A stretch of DNA of 64,000 nt, taken from positions 14,260,001 to 14,324,000 of the forward strand of contig CM022678.1 of the NCBI GenBank assembly GCA_012295275.1, in the 5' to 3' direction. Source of the stretch: Chrysomallon squamiferum (taxonomy: Eukaryota > Animalia > Mollusca). Made by a program: the position numbers and the translations under genes. Below, piece by piece: positions 56,997 through 64,000 of the stretch; the first letter of the stretch is position 1; every line of letters starts with the position of its first letter. The notes under the pieces are model-generated. The model worked only from the letters and a program-made list of their open reading frames with translations, was not told where the DNA came from and did no database searches.

Positions 56997-57346
56997 TAAT
57001 AATAATAATAATAATAAGTAGTAGTAGTAGTATTAGTAGTATTGCTGTTATTATATAATAAACGTTTTATGAATGGTTTTGGATTAAATGATAAAAATTA
57101 TTAATTAATTCATAAGCTGATAATTAGTATTAATATTATAAATAAAGTTATTTACTTGTCTTCTCTAAAATCCGGGTCGTATGGTTTCGGTCGTGCTAAA
57201 CTGTAAGTCCTGCTGATCCCTGTTTAAAATACAGAAGTAATGCATATTATCAAATATAAAATATCTGTCTGCTTTAATATATAATTGCATATGGTTTGAA
57301 CCAGTTTCATTAAACACTTACTTGGTCCTCTAACCGTACTAGACAT
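54624..57346 (-). CDS. THEG: Testicular haploid expressed gene (THEG/SPMAP2)-like repeat protein, 256 aa, 5 exons
   Basis: Exons (- strand) 57346-57322, 57219-57156, 56692-56628, 56030-55964 and 55173-54624 (771 nt). Repeated THEG-type units: SLARPK, PSVYW, RVNQLARHK, TIWPVKKEAQEATASERVEFLSRSK, AMKATPSARIESLAKPK, WPVGESALKAIASFRLQQLSRPR, AVRAKPTPRLEELSRPLPR. Confidence 0.85.
55564..55690. repeat. Degenerate ~20-bp minisatellite (ATGGTGTGTTA.. core) in a THEG intron
   Basis: About six diverged copies of ATGGTGTGTTAYRYRCAGA. Confidence 0.65.
56937..57040. repeat. (AAT)n/(AGT)n compound microsatellite
   Basis: Direct reading. Confidence 0.95.
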
Positions 57347-58048
57347 CTTTCAGTGCCTGGTTGCTATGATGGCAGAGTAGTTGTTTTCAATGAAGAGTTA
57401 TGACAAGGGACGTAACTTAGGGATACGCATTTGGCGTAATTGCTACAATTGCCATAAAGAGGGTTTCCTTCAGACATTACGACATCGTGTGACAATAAAC
57501 TCTTAAGTTGTGAAATGCCAATGGAATTTCTGTTTCTTAAAATTAAAATAAATAATTAAACGCTATAGTTTCGATATTTAACTTCATATTTTGATAATTA
57601 TGATAATTAAAATTAAAAATGTGTTAAAAAAAAAAAGATTTTAGTTTTAATAATGTGTGATTATTACATGCAGTGCTGATCTTCATGTCGACAAAAGCTT
57701 GAACTGATTTGTTGAGAAGTCTGCATTCTGCAAAAAAAACTATAGTTTAATTAACACTTGAGACATGACATAGCGAGAGATGCAGTCTATAGTGAAGCAT
57801 TTGCATCGCTTCTGTAGCTATTTGGGTAGTTTCTGTCCCATATATGTATGTATGTATGTATATATCTATGTATGTATGTATGTATGTATAAAAACGAAAT
57901 GTTCTAACCTCTCTCTCTCACATACGCTAGATATTACACACACATACACACACACACGCACACGCACATGGACACACAAACACTCATTTATGTGTATACA
58001 TGTTTTTGAATGAAATCCACAAATGTTAATAGTCATTTTGGAGTGAAG

Positions 58049-58051
<3 letters not shown>

Positions 58052-58137
<86 letters not shown>
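58052..58137. repeat. (GA)n microsatellite between the divergent THEG and metalloprotease starts
   Basis: Direct reading. Confidence 0.96.
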
Positions 58138-58140
<3 letters not shown>

Positions 58141-58380
58141 AATTTGTTATGAACATTTCCTTACAAGTAAGGCTTTGATACATCACACTTATTATCGCTA
58201 TCACGGTCTGCTGCAAATATCGGTCTTTATCTGTTGGAAATTAAACACTCTAGTATTTCTGCTCAAGGCACAAGCGAGAGATGAACATAATGTCTTTATC
58301 CGTTAATCGAAACAGTGAAATGGTCATACATCTTTTGGACACAGCTCAGAGAGAAAGCAAGTCATCTGCTAAGGTCCACC

Positions 58381-64000
<5,620 letters not shown>

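Overview
AT-rich, intron-dense, microsatellite-rich eukaryotic (animal) genomic DNA. It is probably a lophotrochozoan invertebrate such as a mollusc, which I infer from composition and mosaic CpG depletion and have not proven. Most entries in the supplied ORF track are microsatellite or low-complexity artefacts; the real genes are spliced. I rebuilt seven GT-AG gene models by hand with consistent intron phases: (1) 3' part of N-acetylneuraminate lyase NPL (+, 421-2832); (2) an unrecognised 110-aa coiled-coil protein (+, 7207-9523); (3) HMG-CoA lyase HMGCL (-, 11702-17158); (4) MTHFSD/Lost-like RNA-binding protein (+, 20327-24047, with a candidate short alternative first exon at 18758); (5) ARHGAP18/28/40-family RhoGAP (-, 28980-43580); (6) THEG-like sperm protein (-, 54624-57346); (7) a secreted reprolysin/ADAMTS-like zinc metalloprotease running off the right edge (+, 58381-64000). 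There are also a hAT-type MITE with an 8-bp TSD, a Tc1/mariner-type MITE with a TA TSD, small hairpins and tandem repeats. I see no clear new multi-gene system. The most unusual signals are splice-level features of the RhoGAP: a 30-bp minisatellite that quadruplicates an in-frame 3' splice site, a candidate exon ending in a polybasic CaaX-like tail, a 12-nt microexon candidate and an in-frame uORF. Alternative N-termini of MTHFSD and HMGCL and the orphan coiled-coil gene are also notable. All isoform claims are predictions that need RNA-seq.
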